DNA of 64,000 nucleotides, from positions 9,806 to 73,805 of the IMG/VR virus record IMGVR_UViG_3300014501_000013; one strand, written 5' to 3'. Every line of letters starts with the position of its first letter. Within the stretch, counting starts at the first letter, position 1. Origin of the DNA: a virus. The notes beneath the pieces are model-generated. The model had not been told where the DNA came from. It saw only the letters and a list, made by a program, of their open reading frames with translations, and made no database searches. The position numbers and the translations under genes were made by a program. Positions 8,144 to 18,306 of the stretch are shown in pieces.

Positions 8144-8860
8144 ATGAACGCCACAGCGAAGCCGCAGGATCGCGTTCGGGGTCAAATGGACATACCATTG
8201 TCGCCGCAGGGCGAAGCCGAGAGCGACCACCTCGGACGGCGCATCGCTGCAAAGGGTGGGATCGATTCCATCGTGGCCTCGCCGATGACTCGGGCGCAGC
8301 AGACCGTAGCCGCCGTGCTCAAGCACAATCCGCAGGCAAAGTTTCTCGGTTCGGCGCAGCAGGCACTCCCCTGGAACCAGGGTGTCGTCACCGGGCAACC
8401 GATCAGTCAGGCCCAGCCGATCATCCAGCAGGCCGCCGACCATCCAGAGACCCCAATCCCAGGAGGCGAGTCCGTCGATCAGGTGGACAACCGCAGCGGC
8501 CAGTTCGTCCACCAGCAACTGCATTCCCTGAAACCCGGAGAACGCCGTTTGGTGCTCGCGCACCACTCCCAGATGCGGTACCTTCACGGATGGGAGAAAA
8601 AGGGGTTTCCGCCCGACATGAGCGCCGATCCAAAGGAAATGGCGACTCGCGCCGACAAAGCGAAGCCCGCCGGTTCGCTAATTCGTCTGGCGAAGGGCAA
8701 AGACGGCAAGCCCATGCTCCACGAGAACCCGATAGACAGCGATGAACCGATTCACGCCGGGCTGAATTTCGCCCGCCACGGGGCGACCGAGTTGAACAAG
8801 GAATCCGGCGGCTCGCGCCTCTCCGCACTGTCGCCGAAGTCAAAGGCCCCCTTAAGCTGA
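8144..8860 (+). CDS. Histidine phosphatase (PGM family), circularly permuted
   Basis: RGQMDIPLSPQG..., SPMTRAQQT, PGGES, LVLAHHS; RHGATELN motif at the C-terminus; ATGA-coupled start at 8144. Confidence 0.8.
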   Translation: MNATAKPQDRVRGQMDIPLSPQGEAESDHLGRRIAAKGGIDSIVASPMTRAQQTVAAVLKHNPQAKFLGSAQQALPWNQGVVTGQPISQAQPIIQQAADHPETPIPGGESVDQVDNRSGQFVHQQLHSLKPGERRLVLAHHSQMRYLHGWEKKGFPPDMSADPKEMATRADKAKPAGSLIRLAKGKDGKPMLHENPIDSDEPIHAGLNFARHGATELNKESGGSRLSALSPKSKAPLS

Positions 8861-9147
8861 TGGCCTCGCCTAAAAAGACAGGGATAGATCGGGCTAAAAA
8901 GTCAGAGATCGAGACTCGTTTAATGAACGAAATTCCATCGAACGCCGAAGTGGTTATCGAGAAGCTGATTTATGGCGACGGGGATACGTATAACTATGTG
9001 CGAGCCTATATATTCAGCGGAAATTATCCGCGCTGGAATTGCCTTGTGCTGAATTACGCAACGCCTGATCCATTGACGGCGGCGTTCCCACGTCTAAAGG
9101 ATGCACGCCGCTGGATCGCCGCGATACTGAGGAAAGCGAGACGATAA
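8860..9147 (+). CDS. Hypothetical protein
   Basis: Coupled ORF. Confidence 0.55.
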   Translation: MASPKKTGIDRAKKSEIETRLMNEIPSNAEVVIEKLIYGDGDTYNYVRAYIFSGNYPRWNCLVLNYATPDPLTAAFPRLKDARRWIAAILRKARR

Positions 9148-9148
9148 A

Positions 9149-9397
9149 ATGGCCAAGCGCTACTTTTTCTCGCAGCATCACGCGAACTGGCCCGCCAAGC
9201 TCACCGTGCCTGAAGGCCACGAGGTTACGATCAACCATCCCTCGACGCGAACGCAAACCGCGCATCGCAACGAAGAGGGCGAGATATTGCTTCCGAAGGG
9301 CAGCCATATCATCGGGTTACGCCACATTGCGACCGGCAACGAACTGATGCCCGTGGCAAAGCCGTTGAATACGGTGCCGCTGGAGGTCCCGAAATGA
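9149..9397 (+). CDS. Hypothetical protein
   Basis: Coupled ORF. Confidence 0.55.
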   Translation: MAKRYFFSQHHANWPAKLTVPEGHEVTINHPSTRTQTAHRNEEGEILLPKGSHIIGLRHIATGNELMPVAKPLNTVPLEVPK

Positions 9398-9690
9398 AAC
9401 GCCTGATGTGCAGACTTGGATTCCACAAGCTTCACGCCTATAACGAAAATACGATCCACATCTGCATTCGTTGTTCCTACTGCGCCGAGTGGGGCTGTAA
9501 GGTGAGCATTCATAACAATGCCTGACTCCCGCAGTCAGGTTCGCTGGGCCCATTCGGTTCTGGAAAATCAGGCCAATGGCGACAAGTCTTTCGCCAAGGA
9601 AGTAGTGCGCGGTATGCACGGGCGAAAGATGGCCTCGCTGCCGGACCACACGAAAAAGCCCTCGATTCTCGGCAGACTCAGAAAGAAATA

Positions 9691-9963
9691 ATGGCATTCA
9701 ACTTCAAGGCTCCGAATCCATCAAAGTTCATCGCCAAGCCATTCAACATCGGCGCCGACATCGGCCACCTTGAGAAATTTCGACCCCTCGGTCAAAGTAT
9801 CGGGATTGGGCTTGATAAGGCATCGCGTGCCGAGGGCGGTCCAGCCAATCCGCTCTCGACCGACCCGCTTGGCAACCCGTCGATCATCAAGCGGCTTTCG
9901 TTCAAGAACCGCATGAACCTGCGACCGAAGTTGGCGACACCGCCAAAGATCAAGCCCGTCTAA
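9691..9963 (+). CDS. Basic Pro/Lys-rich hypothetical protein
   Basis: Stop overlaps terL start. Confidence 0.55.
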   Translation: MAFNFKAPNPSKFIAKPFNIGADIGHLEKFRPLGQSIGIGLDKASRAEGGPANPLSTDPLGNPSIIKRLSFKNRMNLRPKLATPPKIKPV

Positions 9964-12053
9964 TGGCCAAGCAGCAAGCACAGCCGCGCGTCGTTCTCCT
10001 GACCGGCAAGCAGATCCGCGCGGTCAACCCGAACAAGTACACAGGGCCGTTCCGCGCGGTTTGGTGTGCCGAGCACCACTTTACGGGCCCGTGGCCTTGC
10101 GATTGCCCTTCTGGTCCCCAGACCCAGGCGTGGAACAGTGATGCCGACGAGATTGGGCTCGGCGGCACGCGCGGTTCAGCGAAGACGCACCTAATGCTTG
10201 CTTGGATGGCGTTCCGAGGCAACCCGAGAAAATTGAATAAGCTTCTCGCTGAAGGCAAACAACCTGAAGGCGCCGACGTGATGTACATCAACCACCGCAA
10301 TTTTCGCGGCTTGATGCTTCGCAATCAAGCTAACGATCTTGAGGATTTGATCGATCGTGCGGAGGAGATGTGGGGACCGACCGGCGCAATCATCAAGCGC
10401 GGCAATCCTTCGATGGCGGAATGGCGCACGGGGGCCAAGATTATCTTCGGGCACTTCGGAGACAACGGCTGGAAAAAGTACGTCGGTCCCGAGTATCAGC
10501 GGATTGCAATTGACCAGGCTGAGATGATGGAGTCAAAGGAAATCCACGACCGCATTATCGGCTCTTGCCGCTCGAAGTGGTCAGCGTTAAAACCGCAGGC
10601 GCTGTTAACGTTCAATCCTGGCGGCGGCGACGAACTAGCGGGCGCTCCCGGCCAAGCGTGGTTGATGGACTATTTTTACATCGAGGATTACGAGCGCGGT
10701 GAGAAACTAAAGCGCGGAGATTACGTTATCGATGAACATGGCAAGTACCACACGTTCATCATGTCGAAGTGGAGCGATAACCCGTACTTGTGTCACTACG
10801 TTGAATACGACGCGCCCTACGATGCCGCGACGGGAACCGGCGGAAACGTCACCGTCTACAAGCCGAATGAAGGACCATACGTCAAGTGGCTGAACTCGAT
10901 CGAGCCCGAATCGCTGCGCGCCGCGTGGCGCGACGGCAACTGGCACGCGCTCTCCGGCGCTTACTTCCGCGACTTTCGTCCAAATGGACCGCTGGTAGGT
11001 GAAGAGAAGTACAATGCCAATCACGTCTACGACCCGTCCAAAGTAAAACTCGAATCGTGGTTCCACCGCTGGATGGCTATTGACTGGGGCTATATCCATC
11101 CGAGTGCGTTGGGGTGGTTCTGCAAATCTCCATGGGGCCAGACGTATCTGGAAAAAGAAATTTGCCTCAATCGCGTTGAGCCCTTCGAACTCGGCATCCT
11201 GATCGCACGTGAATCCAAGGCTGCGCTTGCGGGAGTCGAATCGCACCAGATGGTGATCTACCTATCGCCTGACGCTTACGCAAAGCGCGAGAGTGAGAAT
11301 ACGGTGGCTTCGCAGATTGCGGCTGGGATCTCTAGCGAACTTGGTCCGCACGCGGCGTTTGTCGCCGATCTTACCGACGAAGAACGCGAGATGGATTCGA
11401 AGGACGCGCTTGAATCGCTGAAGCGCCGGCGGCGCGAGCAATCGAATACCATGCTTACCTTGGTGCGCGCATCGACCGATCGCGTGGCGGGCTGGATGCA
11501 CATTCAGACCATGTTTAGGTTCAGACCGCTCCAGGAGCAGGCGGTCCCGGATAAGGAATTCGCCGAACAGTTGGAAATCGAGAAGGGTATCGTTGCCCGA
11601 TTGCAATATGAGGCGCTCCCGGAGTTTCTTGCGGCGCGCGAAGTGCTACCGAAATTGCAGATTTCCAAGCAGGCGCGAAATCTGATTAAAATGCTTCCGA
11701 TGATGATGCACCGGCCTGGGACAAATGACACAGAAAAACTTGACGCAACTGAAACTCGTCCCGGCGACGACTCCTGCGATATGCTGCGCTACGGATGCTT
11801 TTCGGAAGAGAGGCAGGGCGCGACCGAGGCTCCGCTCGATGTTCGTGTGGGATTGCAGGTCGCTCAGATGCAGTCGCGCTACGGTGGCGGCATTTCGCAT
11901 CACAGCGTTCTGATGGCGACAGAGCAGGCGCGGTGGCGCGAGCAGCATCCACTCGCGAAGAAACAGGACCTGTTCGTTGGGGCTAACAGACTTGCTGCAA
12001 TTCGCGCGATGCGTTCTGCTAACTTCGGAAGGGGCAACGAAATAATTCAATGA
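9963..12053 (+). CDS. terL: Terminase large subunit
   Basis: Walker A GGTRGSAKT, Walker B-like IAIDQAE, TFNPGG, DNPYL, AWRDGNW, nuclease IDWGY and DD.CDMLRY. Confidence 0.92.
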   Translation: MAKQQAQPRVVLLTGKQIRAVNPNKYTGPFRAVWCAEHHFTGPWPCDCPSGPQTQAWNSDADEIGLGGTRGSAKTHLMLAWMAFRGNPRKLNKLLAEGKQPEGADVMYINHRNFRGLMLRNQANDLEDLIDRAEEMWGPTGAIIKRGNPSMAEWRTGAKIIFGHFGDNGWKKYVGPEYQRIAIDQAEMMESKEIHDRIIGSCRSKWSALKPQALLTFNPGGGDELAGAPGQAWLMDYFYIEDYERGEKLKRGDYVIDEHGKYHTFIMSKWSDNPYLCHYVEYDAPYDAATGTGGNVTVYKPNEGPYVKWLNSIEPESLRAAWRDGNWHALSGAYFRDFRPNGPLVGEEKYNANHVYDPSKVKLESWFHRWMAIDWGYIHPSALGWFCKSPWGQTYLEKEICLNRVEPFELGILIARESKAALAGVESHQMVIYLSPDAYAKRESENTVASQIAAGISSELGPHAAFVADLTDEEREMDSKDALESLKRRRREQSNTMLTLVRASTDRVAGWMHIQTMFRFRPLQEQAVPDKEFAEQLEIEKGIVARLQYEALPEFLAAREVLPKLQISKQARNLIKMLPMMMHRPGTNDTEKLDATETRPGDDSCDMLRYGCFSEERQGATEAPLDVRVGLQVAQMQSRYGGGISHHSVLMATEQARWREQHPLAKKQDLFVGANRLAAIRAMRSANFGRGNEIIQ

Positions 12054-12204
12054 TCCAAGCTGGTTACTTGGCAATGGAAGTAGACATCGAGTATACCAAC
12101 GGTTGGCGCGAGACAATAACGCTACAACCGGGCGAAGATACGACTCTGCCGTTTGAAGGAAAGATTGTCGGAGCACGCCCTGTATTTCAGGAGGAAGAAG
12201 ATCG

Positions 12205-12540
12205 ATGACACCATCTAGTGGGCCACCCAAAAAGGGGCTTTTGCTACTCGCCGACGACAAGAACGGTCCCCCTCCGCTCTCCTCTCCCGACGAGCCGGAT
12301 GCAGACGATGTGCAGCAACCGGGCAGTCAGGGATCGTGCGCCGATTGCGTCTTCTACGACACCTCCGAGCAGAATTGCAAGCGCTATCCTGATTGGATTC
12401 CTCACGCGCCTGATGATTATTGCGGAGAGTACAAAGCAGGCAAGCCACATGATTCAGCGGGCGCTGGAGCGGCACCGCAATCTCAACCGACTTCCGCGCC
12501 GCCCTCACAAGCGGGGCCGTATACGAAACAGCAGTTCTAA
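12205..12540 (+). CDS. Cys-motif hypothetical protein
   Basis: CADCVFY...CKRYP...DDYCGEY; RBS GGAGG. Confidence 0.6.
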   Translation: MTPSSGPPKKGLLLLADDKNGPPPLSSPDEPDADDVQQPGSQGSCADCVFYDTSEQNCKRYPDWIPHAPDDYCGEYKAGKPHDSAGAGAAPQSQPTSAPPSQAGPYTKQQF

Positions 12541-12559
12541 CCCATAAAAAGGAGCAATA

Positions 12560-12765
12560 ACATGACCGACGCAGAACAACTCGCACAACAGCAACAGCAG
12601 CAGTTTCCGGGCAACCCTCTCCGGGGTGCCGCGACGCCAGCCAACATGACCGACGCAGAACAACTCGCACAACAGCAACAGCAGTTTCCGCGCGCCAACC
12701 CTAATCTGGTGGCTCAAAAGCAAGTCGGCATGACTGACGCAAACCAACTCGCCCAGCAGTTCCCG
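12560..12765 (+). repeat. Three imperfect tandem coding repeats
   Basis: aacatgaccgacgcagaacaactcgcacaacagcaacagcag duplicated exactly; diverged third copy. Confidence 0.85.
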
Positions 12766-13860
12766 CGCGCCATGAACAGCCCGCCTCTCGTTCCGGGGCC
12801 GAGCCCGTTCAAAGAGACAAAGGACTGGGATCAACACAAGGCCGCCTACGAGCAGAAGTCCCGCGATAGCATCAAGGACGGCTTCCGCTATTCGGCGCGC
12901 GTTACGTTCATCAGCCGCTTTGGCGCCGGAATCGCCAAGCGCTTCAAGGGTGACGCCACGACCACACGCCAGGCGTCCAACTCGCAAGCACCTTTTACCA
13001 ACAACGTCCCTTCGGACCCGAACGCCCGTGGGCAGCAAGGTTTCCCTTCCCCGGACGTGAACGCCGTCCCGATTGTCGCGCCTCCTCCCTATGCCGCGAC
13101 TGATGCCGGGGCCACGCCGAATGAAGCGAGTTCAAACGTTCCCCGAAACCCGCAGTTCCAGAACCAGCCACTCCAGGGACAGCAGTACGGCGAGCAACTC
13201 GGCCAAGGCTCCGTTGACCACTTCGCCGGGTCCGCCGTCACGCCGATACTCAATAACACATTCGTAATTGCGCGCGGGTTCAACGATGCCGCCGAGTTGC
13301 TGGCGTGGTTCAATGCTCCGTTCGGCGATAACGTCGGGCCGCATCAAGATCGGGCATACGTTTCGCCGCGCACTGTCGCTGCCAAAGAACCGGCCATCAC
13401 CGCGAGCGCAGTCTCTTTCGTGGTGCATGACCGTCTCCGAACTGGCGATCAGGGCAGCACGCTTACCGAGAAGACAGGTGACCCGGCAATCTGGGAACCG
13501 TGGCTCGATGAGGGCACGGTAGAGGAACACGCCCGCAGCCAATTCCTGAAGGATGCGCGCGTAGATCTCACCAAGCCTATGTGGGACACTTCGTCCGCAC
13601 AAAGGCCTAACCTTGGCCAGGAAGTCGGGCAGCAGACCGGATACGCCCAGGGTCAGGGTCCGAATTACCAGGGTACTCAGAATTACCAGGGACGGAAAGA
13701 CCCGAATTACCAGGCCGCTAACGCTCCGAATCTCCAGGGCGTGAACGACCCAAGTGTCTATCCGAAGCGGATGACCAAGAAGGACGGCGAAACTAAAATC
13801 GTCAACGAAGCTTCCGGAGAAGCCGCCGCGCAGGCAGAGGGGCACTCCGTAGTCGCGTGA
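12562..13860 (+). CDS. Q/N/P-rich protein with N-terminal triple repeat
   Basis: 3x MTDA(E/N)QLAQQ(n)FP; C-terminal NYQ repeats; strong RBS AAGGAG. Confidence 0.75.
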   Translation: MTDAEQLAQQQQQQFPGNPLRGAATPANMTDAEQLAQQQQQFPRANPNLVAQKQVGMTDANQLAQQFPRAMNSPPLVPGPSPFKETKDWDQHKAAYEQKSRDSIKDGFRYSARVTFISRFGAGIAKRFKGDATTTRQASNSQAPFTNNVPSDPNARGQQGFPSPDVNAVPIVAPPPYAATDAGATPNEASSNVPRNPQFQNQPLQGQQYGEQLGQGSVDHFAGSAVTPILNNTFVIARGFNDAAELLAWFNAPFGDNVGPHQDRAYVSPRTVAAKEPAITASAVSFVVHDRLRTGDQGSTLTEKTGDPAIWEPWLDEGTVEEHARSQFLKDARVDLTKPMWDTSSAQRPNLGQEVGQQTGYAQGQGPNYQGTQNYQGRKDPNYQAANAPNLQGVNDPSVYPKRMTKKDGETKIVNEASGEAAAQAEGHSVVA

Positions 13861-14216
13861 CCTGGACCCAAACCTTCCTGCTCCTGTTCGCCGACTACCG
13901 CGATGCGCTCGATCGCGTAACGAAGGCGGAAGATGAAGCGCGGTTCGAACGGGGCCGCGCTGATTCGCTCGCGGAGCAACTTGCGACCACTCAGAAGGAC
14001 GCACTGGAACGCGAGCGCGTCATCGCCGACCGCATGATGGCTATCAAGCACGGGCCGCGCTCGGTGCTGACCAACGAGCAGATATCCCAAGCGGCATTGA
14101 CGCAGGAACCAAGGAAAACGCCGAATCCCGTGACCGACGTGCGGGAGTGGCAGCAGGCTCAGACCATGAGCACACTGAACACCTTCGACAAGTTCGACAG
14201 AAAAGTGAATGGATAG
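13857..14216 (+). CDS. Coiled-coil hypothetical protein upstream of portal
   Basis: Coupled to both neighbours. Confidence 0.65.
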   Translation: MTWTQTFLLLFADYRDALDRVTKAEDEARFERGRADSLAEQLATTQKDALERERVIADRMMAIKHGPRSVLTNEQISQAALTQEPRKTPNPVTDVREWQQAQTMSTLNTFDKFDRKVNG

Positions 14217-16737
14217 CGCTCTCCTCCAACTGATCGATTGCGATCCGGCGCTCAAGCAGGTTGACGCCACAGGCGCCGCTCCGCTCGACAAGATCATCAC
14301 CGCCGTGGAAACGATGCTCAAGGACTCGGTGGACGCCAACTATCAGGGCGAGCGTGTGCTTCAGCTTTTGCGCCTGGAACGCGCCGACAACTTCTATCGC
14401 GGTATTCAGAATATCGCGCCAACGATGGATGGACAAACCGGTGCAATCGGCTGGACGCAATTCGGGCCAACGGCCGGAAAAATGGGTGACCCTCAGACCC
14501 AAGCGCGCGCTTTCGATTACAACCCGCGGCTCACCAAATCCTACGGCGATAAGTTCATCGCGGTTCTTGGGCAGCGGCCCTTTTACAACTCAACCGCCGA
14601 ACCAATTGACGAAAACAAAGAGCAAGATCGCCGTGGCGCGAGACAAGTGAATCTGCTGATCCAAATGCTGAGCGGCCAACTGGATCTCAAGACTCTCAAC
14701 AAGCAACTCTGCTACATCCTCTACAAAAACGGAACGGCCATCGGGCAGGCGAAGCCCGTTGTGGACGCGAAGCGCTTCGGCACGCACGATATCCCGAACC
14801 TGATCCCGCACACAACTTGCCTCGGTTGCGGTGATACAGCACCCAATACTTCGCCTGATACGCAAACGCCGCAGACGTGTCCCGGATGTGGAGGGCCACT
14901 CGCGAACACAGCCGCGCCTGACCCCACACAACCTGTGCTGAGCATTCCGCAGCGCAGCGTAGATTTGGAACTTTTTAGCGGCTACACTCACACATGGCCC
15001 TTTAGCGTGAAGTTCCAAACCGGCGCGCTCCGCTACTCGCCGTGGGTGGTTGCCAAGTCGGGGAAAGACCGAGGCGCAATCCTCAAGGACTATCCGCAAG
15101 CGCGCAAGATCGTAGGGATGGGTACGAACACCCAGTACGGTTCCGGTTCGCCTGATGATGCGACCGCCGCTGTGGTTCAGGCTTCCGCGCAATCGCAGAC
15201 CGGCACAATCCGTTCGCGCAACCTGAATGTTTGGACTGAAGCACTCTACGACATCGATGCTTCGCAAATCGAGTTGATAGACGATGACGCCACGCGGATG
15301 CTGGTCAAGCAGTACTTCTCCGAGGGCATCTTTTGCGTTCAGATTGAGGGGAAGACCGTCGCGATTCACAATCAGGACTATCGCAAGAAGCTCACCGTCT
15401 GTACGCCGGCCATGTCGGACTATCTTTTCACCGATGGTGGCTGCTGGGGCATGTTGGGGCTCGAAGATTTTTACTCCAACATGCTAAACATCATCGCCGA
15501 AACACTCGAAACCGGCATCATGCGGTTCATTGTTAACGAGGAATACGTTTCTGGTGACGATTTGAACCGAAATCGCTACTCGCCGAACCGTTTTGTCAGC
15601 GCGGTCCCCAAATACGGCGATAATTTGCAGAACGCCGTTGTCCCGCTACCGACTTCCGACTATCCGCAGCAGATCACCGAGGTCTTTGGCATCATTGATG
15701 GACTGATTCAGAACATTTTGGGGCTCCTGCCGCAAGTTTACGGCCAGATGCCTGGAAACTTGACCCTAGGGCAGGCCCGGATGATGTTAAACCAGGGCTT
15801 GATGCAACTCGGGACCGTCGCGGAGCTGATTTCGAGCTTCTGGGAGGCTTCCTGGACCAATCTGGTCAAGATGTACTGCGAAATAGCGCTCACTAACCCG
15901 GAATTTCAGGGCCAGAGCATCGATTTGGACCTGATCCGATCGAGCGGCTGGATGGTCAAGAGCGATACCGCAATTCCGCGTTCTTTTGCCGAGCGCGTCG
16001 AGTCACTGCGGGCACTTTTACAGGAAACGCCGCAGTTGGCCGACACTTTGAAGATCACCACTGCTGCAAACGCCGGGAAATTGCGCCAGTACATGGATCT
16101 TCCGGACTTCGAGGACCCCGACGAGGAGGCGATGGACGCCCTCAACGAAATCATCGATCAATTGTGGCAAGCAGCTCCGATGCCGCCTCCTCCGCCTCAA
16201 CCTGGACCGCCAGATCCAATTACCGGGATGCCAACACCACCGCCGCCGCCTCCGCCACCGGAGCCATCGATCCCGTTCAACCAAATGCTGTTCGATCCGA
16301 ACATGACGATGCAATTGTGCCGCATGTCGATGCTCAAGGCGATGTTGAAGCCGACCGCGCAGCGCAGTCAGGACAGTCCTGGCTTCCAGAACCTGGGCGC
16401 GTTCTTCTCGCAGGCGCAGCAAGCCGCCGCCCCGCCGCCGCCACCGCCTCCGCAGCCTAAGATGACCTTTACGGCGAAGATTCCGGATCTCACGCCGGAA
16501 CAGGAAGGCGCGGTGCTGAACGATTTCGGGGTAACCGTACCGCCGCCGCATCCGGGAGCGATCCAGGCGCGCGCACAGGACAAGATGAACGAACAAGCTT
16601 CGAGTGCTCCTCCCGGCAGTACTTCTCCTGGAGGACCGGGACTTCCTCCCCCCGGTCCTCCAAATTTGTCCATGCCGAGTGGAATTATGCAACCCGGAAC
16701 GCCTGCAATGCCCAATCCGATGGGGCCAATTCAATAA
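14209..16737 (+). CDS. Portal protein (P22-like)
   Basis: Position and size; A.NFYRG.Q near N-terminus, D...ARQVN, IQNILGL...YG...T.G motifs; Pro-rich tail. Confidence 0.8.
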   Translation: MDSALLQLIDCDPALKQVDATGAAPLDKIITAVETMLKDSVDANYQGERVLQLLRLERADNFYRGIQNIAPTMDGQTGAIGWTQFGPTAGKMGDPQTQARAFDYNPRLTKSYGDKFIAVLGQRPFYNSTAEPIDENKEQDRRGARQVNLLIQMLSGQLDLKTLNKQLCYILYKNGTAIGQAKPVVDAKRFGTHDIPNLIPHTTCLGCGDTAPNTSPDTQTPQTCPGCGGPLANTAAPDPTQPVLSIPQRSVDLELFSGYTHTWPFSVKFQTGALRYSPWVVAKSGKDRGAILKDYPQARKIVGMGTNTQYGSGSPDDATAAVVQASAQSQTGTIRSRNLNVWTEALYDIDASQIELIDDDATRMLVKQYFSEGIFCVQIEGKTVAIHNQDYRKKLTVCTPAMSDYLFTDGGCWGMLGLEDFYSNMLNIIAETLETGIMRFIVNEEYVSGDDLNRNRYSPNRFVSAVPKYGDNLQNAVVPLPTSDYPQQITEVFGIIDGLIQNILGLLPQVYGQMPGNLTLGQARMMLNQGLMQLGTVAELISSFWEASWTNLVKMYCEIALTNPEFQGQSIDLDLIRSSGWMVKSDTAIPRSFAERVESLRALLQETPQLADTLKITTAANAGKLRQYMDLPDFEDPDEEAMDALNEIIDQLWQAAPMPPPPPQPGPPDPITGMPTPPPPPPPPEPSIPFNQMLFDPNMTMQLCRMSMLKAMLKPTAQRSQDSPGFQNLGAFFSQAQQAAAPPPPPPPQPKMTFTAKIPDLTPEQEGAVLNDFGVTVPPPHPGAIQARAQDKMNEQASSAPPGSTSPGGPGLPPPGPPNLSMPSGIMQPGTPAMPNPMGPIQ

Positions 16738-16746
16738 AGGAAAAAC

Positions 16747-18192
16747 ATGGCAACTGAAGCAATTCCGATCACCAGCGCGCCAGCCCCTGTGGCTCCAGCG
16801 CCAGCAGCGCCAGCGTCTACGCCCGCCGCAACTCCAGGACAAAGCCTCGCTGATCTCGTCCGAGAGTCCATTGTCCCGCTGAACACGGAGGCTGCGCCAG
16901 TTGATGGCGGTACTCCGGCGACACCAGCACCCGATGGCCAGCAAGCCGCGCCAGCGCTTGAGCCGATGGTTCTGCCTGATGATGGGGTTGCCCCTCCTGC
17001 TACCGCGGCGCCAGCGGTTGCCGACCCAAACGCACCGGCGGTTGAGGAACCACTCGACTTCACAGGCGAGTCACTAGAACCGGACAGCGTGGACGCCGAT
17101 GGCAAGCGCATGTTCACAACGCCCACTAAATGGGCGAAGTTCCAGAACGCAGCTAAGTTCGTAAATGCGCTCCAGGAGGTGATGCCGCAAGTCACCCCGT
17201 CCACCGTTATCGACGCAGTGAAGCGCGCAGGGGCAGCCGATGCCCTAATGACGAAGTATCAGTTGGGCGCCTCTAACCCGTCGGATGTGAATGACGTTCT
17301 CGATCTATTTACCGGCGAGATTGAGGTTAACGGCGTTAAGCAGCAGCCTACCCCGGTCGAGCGGCAGGCCTTTGGTGCGCTAGTACTTAATGCCTTGGAT
17401 CGGCTCCAGCGCATCAACCCGCAGGCCATGCAGGGCGTCTACCGCGTCCACAACCAGCAGACCGTGGAAGGGTTGCGCGCCCGCGCTCGCGCGCTTCCTG
17501 ATGGCCCCGAACGTGAGCAGAAGATCGCCTTGGCGCTTCGTTTTGAGCAGGAAGTGTTCGGAAAGTTCACCCCGCGAGACCAGTGGCTTCAGGCGCAGCC
17601 TACGGACCCTATCGAGCAGCAGCGTCAGCAGATTGCGCGTGAACGGCAAACCCTCGTAACCCAACAGCAGGAATGGCAGCGAACGCAATACGGTCAACTC
17701 GTTGCTAGCGTAGGCGAAGCGCAAGAAGCAGCGCGTCAGGAACCGATAAACCAACTCCTTGACAGGTTCAAGGATAACCCAATCGGCCAAAAGTTCCGTT
17801 CGCAAATGCACGGCGAATTGTTGCAGGCGGTCCAGGATACCGAGATCGCGCATCCGGAATGGGCTTATCAACACCAGACGCTCGAACAGCAGGCGTTGAT
17901 GCAGCCCACGCCCCAGAACATACAGGCTTTGAACGATTACCGACGGAATATCTCGAAGCGCGTTGTCGCGGCGAATGCCAAGGCCGTGATCGAGAAATAC
18001 AATTCCATCGCACTACAGAACAACCAAGCGGACAAGGACCGCGCCCTTAGGCCGATTGTTAATACGCCATCCCCGAATGGGGCAACAACCCAGGCTCCGA
18101 ATGGAGCTATGGAAAGCGTCATGAAGCAACCGGACCTGAAGAACGCGATTCGGGAAACCATCCGGCAGACCGCTGCTGGCGTCCGCTTGTAA
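16747..18192 (+). CDS. Scaffolding protein (putative)
   Basis: Between portal and capsid; acidic Pro/Ala-rich N-terminus followed by coiled coil. Confidence 0.65.
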   Translation: MATEAIPITSAPAPVAPAPAAPASTPAATPGQSLADLVRESIVPLNTEAAPVDGGTPATPAPDGQQAAPALEPMVLPDDGVAPPATAAPAVADPNAPAVEEPLDFTGESLEPDSVDADGKRMFTTPTKWAKFQNAAKFVNALQEVMPQVTPSTVIDAVKRAGAADALMTKYQLGASNPSDVNDVLDLFTGEIEVNGVKQQPTPVERQAFGALVLNALDRLQRINPQAMQGVYRVHNQQTVEGLRARARALPDGPEREQKIALALRFEQEVFGKFTPRDQWLQAQPTDPIEQQRQQIARERQTLVTQQQEWQRTQYGQLVASVGEAQEAARQEPINQLLDRFKDNPIGQKFRSQMHGELLQAVQDTEIAHPEWAYQHQTLEQQALMQPTPQNIQALNDYRRNISKRVVAANAKAVIEKYNSIALQNNQADKDRALRPIVNTPSPNGATTQAPNGAMESVMKQPDLKNAIRETIRQTAAGVRL

Positions 18193-18235
18193 CTCGACTC
18201 AAACAGGCAAGATCACCCGTAACGACCGACGCACT

Positions 18236-18306
18236 AATCGTGGCACTCGCCGCAATGGCGAGTTTGCCGGATCTCTCGCGCAATGCTTGAGATCGCGCGC
18301 CCGATT
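18236..18306 (+). promoter_or_regulatory. Structured leader of capsid gene
   Basis: Two hairpins (CTCGCC/GGCGAG; GATCTC/GAGATC), both with GCAAT in the loop, closed by AATCG/CGATT. Confidence 0.45.

Noticed and set aside
9963-12053. Intein or intron in the long terL
   Set aside because: No intein terminal motifs or LAGLIDADG seen; extra length is explained by short insertions
12560-12765. CRISPR-like array
   Set aside because: Only three in-frame, degenerate coding repeats; no cas genes
16018-16944. 308-aa - strand Arg-rich ORF and similar antisense ORFs across the late operon
   Set aside because: High-GC shadows of Pro-rich sense genes
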